Origin: a virus
Strand: one strand, 5' to 3'
Length of the DNA: 53,722 bases
Virus record (IMG/VR): IMGVR_UViG_3300020227_000034
Span: 1-53,722 of that record
Below, one piece after another: positions 52,099 through 53,722 of this stretch. The position numbers were made by a program, and so were the translations under genes. Numbering within the stretch: the stretch's first letter is position 1; every line of letters begins with the position of its first letter. Below the pieces are notes generated by a model that was not told the DNA's origin, did no database searches, and saw only the letters and a program-made list of their open reading frames with translations.

Positions 52099-52483
52099 AT
52101 GTTAGAAATACGTAGCCATGCCTAATTGCATCCCTTGCATGCCTGGAAGTAGATACTTTGAATACACCTAAATCTCTTAGCTTATCATTATCAAAAAATT
52201 CCTTATCAGAAGGTTGCTGGCTGTAAAATAATATATTATTGAAATAGCAGTGCGCTTTAATTACCCCAATCACTTCTACTTCTAAAAAAGAATCCCAAAT
52301 CTTTTGTTTAGCCTTCCAAGGGTATAATTTGAACGATTCAAATAATACCAGGTCAACTTTAGCTTGGTTTATCATTTCCGGTATGTCTTTCCAGTCCGGG
52401 GATTCACCTGCGGAGATTACGTGGTCGTCTTCGAATAGAGCCCAGCCTGTTGTATGTCCTGGATCAAATACTAGGAATCTCAT
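52040..52483 (-). CDS. RuvC-like Holliday junction resolvase
   Basis: 147 aa. The N-terminal MRFLVFDPGHTTGWALFED has the RNase H-fold first-strand Asp motif. RBS AAGGAGG. Confidence 0.6.
   Translation of the reverse strand: MRFLVFDPGHTTGWALFEDDHVISAGESPDWKDIPEMINQAKVDLVLFESFKLYPWKAKQKIWDSFLEVEVIGVIKAHCYFNNILFYSQQPSDKEFFDNDKLRDLGVFKVSTSRHARDAIRHGYVFLTFGEGKGEHSADIIRRVQKD
52403..52414 (+). repeat. Oriented 12-mer, copy 12
   Basis: ttcacctgcgga. Confidence 0.8.
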
Positions 52484-52500
52484 ACACTACCTCCTTAAAT

Positions 52501-52526
52501 AAAAAGCCCCGGAATAACTCCGAGGC
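52501..52526 (-). terminator. Intrinsic terminator
   Basis: Minus RNA: GCCUCGGA-guuau-UCCGGGGC, then UUUUU. Confidence 0.7.
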
Positions 52527-52540
52527 CTTTTCTAATCTGC

Positions 52541-52840
52541 TTACGCTTCTTGTTCAACTTTTTCTTGAGGCTCTTCTTTCGGAACGTATTCCGCATGAAC
52601 CTCTTTGAACATTTTGCGCGCACGTTGAATCGCTTGGCGGTAAGATTTACCTGCCTCATTTTTGATCTGACGCCCCTCATGGTTTGCAGTGATTTGATAC
52701 ACCTTCACGTCTTTTACTACTGCTTCCTTATCTTCAGTAGCTTCCTCCACAACTTGCTCTTCTACGAACTGAGTTGCTGTAACCTCTACACCGTCTTTCT
52801 CACGATTGTAAAGTACAGTTTCTTTCTTGATTTCACCCAT
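52541..52840 (-). CDS. Hypothetical early protein
   Basis: 99 aa, the first gene after promoter 52894..52922. RBS AAAGGAGAGG. Followed by terminator 52501..52526. Confidence 0.6.
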   Translation of the reverse strand: MGEIKKETVLYNREKDGVEVTATQFVEEQVVEEATEDKEAVVKDVKVYQITANHEGRQIKNEAGKSYRQAIQRARKMFKEVHAEYVPKEEPQEKVEQEA

Positions 52841-52893
52841 TAGTAACCTCTCCTTTAAATATAATAATTTTATTTGTTTACCTCAATGTATTT

Positions 52894-52922
52894 ATTATAA
52901 TACAACCCTAGCTGGTAGTCAC
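52894..52922 (-). promoter_or_regulatory. Sigma-A-like promoter GTGACT-N17-TATAAT (start of the early region)
   Basis: Minus strand reads cccGTGACTaccagctagggttgtatTATAAT. Located right after the holin terminator and upstream of the first early gene. Confidence 0.6.
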
Positions 52923-52934
52923 GGGGTTTTGACT

Positions 52935-52968
52935 AAAAAGTAAACCAGAAGAGAAATACTCCTCTGGT
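52935..52968 (-). terminator. Intrinsic terminator after the holin gene (end of the late/lysis operon)
   Basis: Minus RNA: ACCAGAGGAG-uauuu-CUCUUCUGGU, then UUACUUUUU. Confidence 0.65.
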
Positions 52969-52974
52969 GCCTTT

Positions 52975-53169
52975 TTATTTTGCGTCTTTGTCGTTGTTAC
53001 GTACCACACCAAATACCCCTAAAATAGTAAGAACAGCTGAACCTAAAGCAATGAGTCCCTCTTGTAAAGCAGTAACCCCAATCTCAGAAAGTCCAAATGC
53101 CGCCCCAATACCAAGAGCTACAACTGGTGCACTAAGCGAAATGACTTTTTTGATATCCTTTTTATTCAT
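52975..53169 (-). CDS. Holin (two TM helices, charged C-terminus)
   Basis: 64 aa. Hydrophobic spans VISLSAPVVALGIGAAFGL and LIALGSAVLTILGVFGVV, with tail RNNDKDAK. Its RBS AGGAGGTGA contains the endolysin stop codon. Confidence 0.75.
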   Translation of the reverse strand: MNKKDIKKVISLSAPVVALGIGAAFGLSEIGVTALQEGLIALGSAVLTILGVFGVVRNNDKDAK

Positions 53170-53173
53170 GGAA

Positions 53174-53722
53174 TCACCTCCTAACAGTTGCTGAAGTGTT
53201 TGGTCCTACATAAATGTTTCGCTTGCCTCGACTTGTTTTAATTGTAACTACATTAGGATAAGGCTCGTCTAGAATATCATAAGTGAGCCCACCAAAAGCC
53301 GCAGGTGTTAAATACCAGCTAATGTTTTTGCTTACTGGTTGTACATCTAATGTGTACGTACCCCAGGTCTTAGCACTAGCAGGTAAATGTACCGTTCCTT
53401 TGGATTGCTTATTTTGTTTAGGCTTCTTTCCCTTACGTAATGCTTTGAGTAAGCGTAAGTTTTGTGATGCAGTACCACGGTAATTGTTAATTCCATATTC
53501 ACCTGCAAGGTCTTTTCTGGCACTGAAACTAGAAGGTCTATTATGGAAATTTAGGTAGTCTACCACTGAAGTGCCAGTATATTCGCCTTTACCCGGGTCC
53601 TTACCACTTCTGAGATATTCTAGTAATCGTAGATTTTGGTCTGGAGTACCCTTGTAATTTTTAATGCCGTATTGTTTTGCTAGTTTTGCCCTATTACTAA
53701 AACTAGAGTCTACTTTGATAGA
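53174..53722 (-). CDS. Endolysin, C-terminal part: two about 45-aa cell-wall-binding repeats plus a C-terminal SH3b-like region. Continues from 784..1.
   Basis: The frame is open from 53722 to the stop at 53174 and is in phase with 784..1. Repeats: IVTYLNSIKVDSSFSNRAKLAKQYGIKNYKGTPDQNLRLLEYL and VVDYLNFHNRPSSFSARKDLAGEYGINNYRGTASQNLRLLKAL. The joined ORF is 425 aa. Confidence 0.85.
   Translation of the reverse strand, partial: SIKVDSSFSNRAKLAKQYGIKNYKGTPDQNLRLLEYLRSGKDPGKGEYTGTSVVDYLNFHNRPSSFSARKDLAGEYGINNYRGTASQNLRLLKALRKGKKPKQNKQSKGTVHLPASAKTWGTYTLDVQPVSKNISWYLTPAAFGGLTYDILDEPYPNVVTIKTSRGKRNIYVGPNTSATVRR
53668..53722. repeat. Terminal overlap copy 2 (identical to 1..55)
   Basis: Exact 55-nt identity. 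It lies inside the endolysin ORF. Confidence 0.95.

Overview
This window is a complete, circularly closed genome of a tailed dsDNA phage. Bases 1..55 are identical to 53668..53722, so the unique length is 53667 bp. The overlap splits the endolysin gene across the window ends. Strong GGAGG-type ribosome-binding sites, sigma-A-like promoters and an XhlA/amidase/holin lysis cassette point to a low-GC Gram-positive, Bacillus-like host. Every credible gene lies on the minus strand, and the plus-strand ORFs in the track look like antisense shadows. I found no integrase or divergent repressor module, no tRNA and no CRISPR array.

Gene order along the direction of transcription (descending coordinates):
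- about 52.9 to 47.7 kb: early recombination and replication genes (RuvC-like resolvase, SNF2 helicase, Cas4-like nuclease, Sak4-like ATPase, DUF669-type SSB).
- 47.7 to 47.2 kb: AT-rich regulatory region.
- 47.2 to 43.6 kb: HTH/zinc-ribbon regulator and a DnaG-type primase fused to an MCM-like helicase.
- 43.4 to 37.7 kb: 7-deazaguanine (preQ0) module (queC, two unknown ORFs, queD, queE, folE, tandem MazG, dNMP-kinase-like, TGT/DpdA-like transglycosylase).
- 37.7 to 29.4 kb: UDG-like/PolA polymerase, class I RNR (nrdE, nrdF) and a dUTPase/MazG-like gene.
- 29.4 to 26.0 kb: small accessory genes.
- 26.0 to 25.4 kb: non-coding region with about 100-nt inverted arms, a (TA)n tract and a GC-rich island.
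- 24.4 to 1.2 kb: terS, terL, ferredoxin, portal, a thyX island, and head and tail genes.
- 1.2 kb through the junction to 52.97 kb: lysis genes.

The observations I rate highest:
- A strand-oriented, strongly over-represented 12-mer, TTCRCCTGCGGR.
- A (I/L/V)-x-G-E-M peptide motif found only in head-assembly proteins.
- Two related non-coding regions that share AAAAGTGAAT boxes.
- The extended deazaguanine module with unknown in-operon ORFs and a stand-alone ferredoxin.
- A family of GGGTTGACT-N17-TATAAT promoters, some fused to terminators.

All motif counts were made by eye and should be recomputed.
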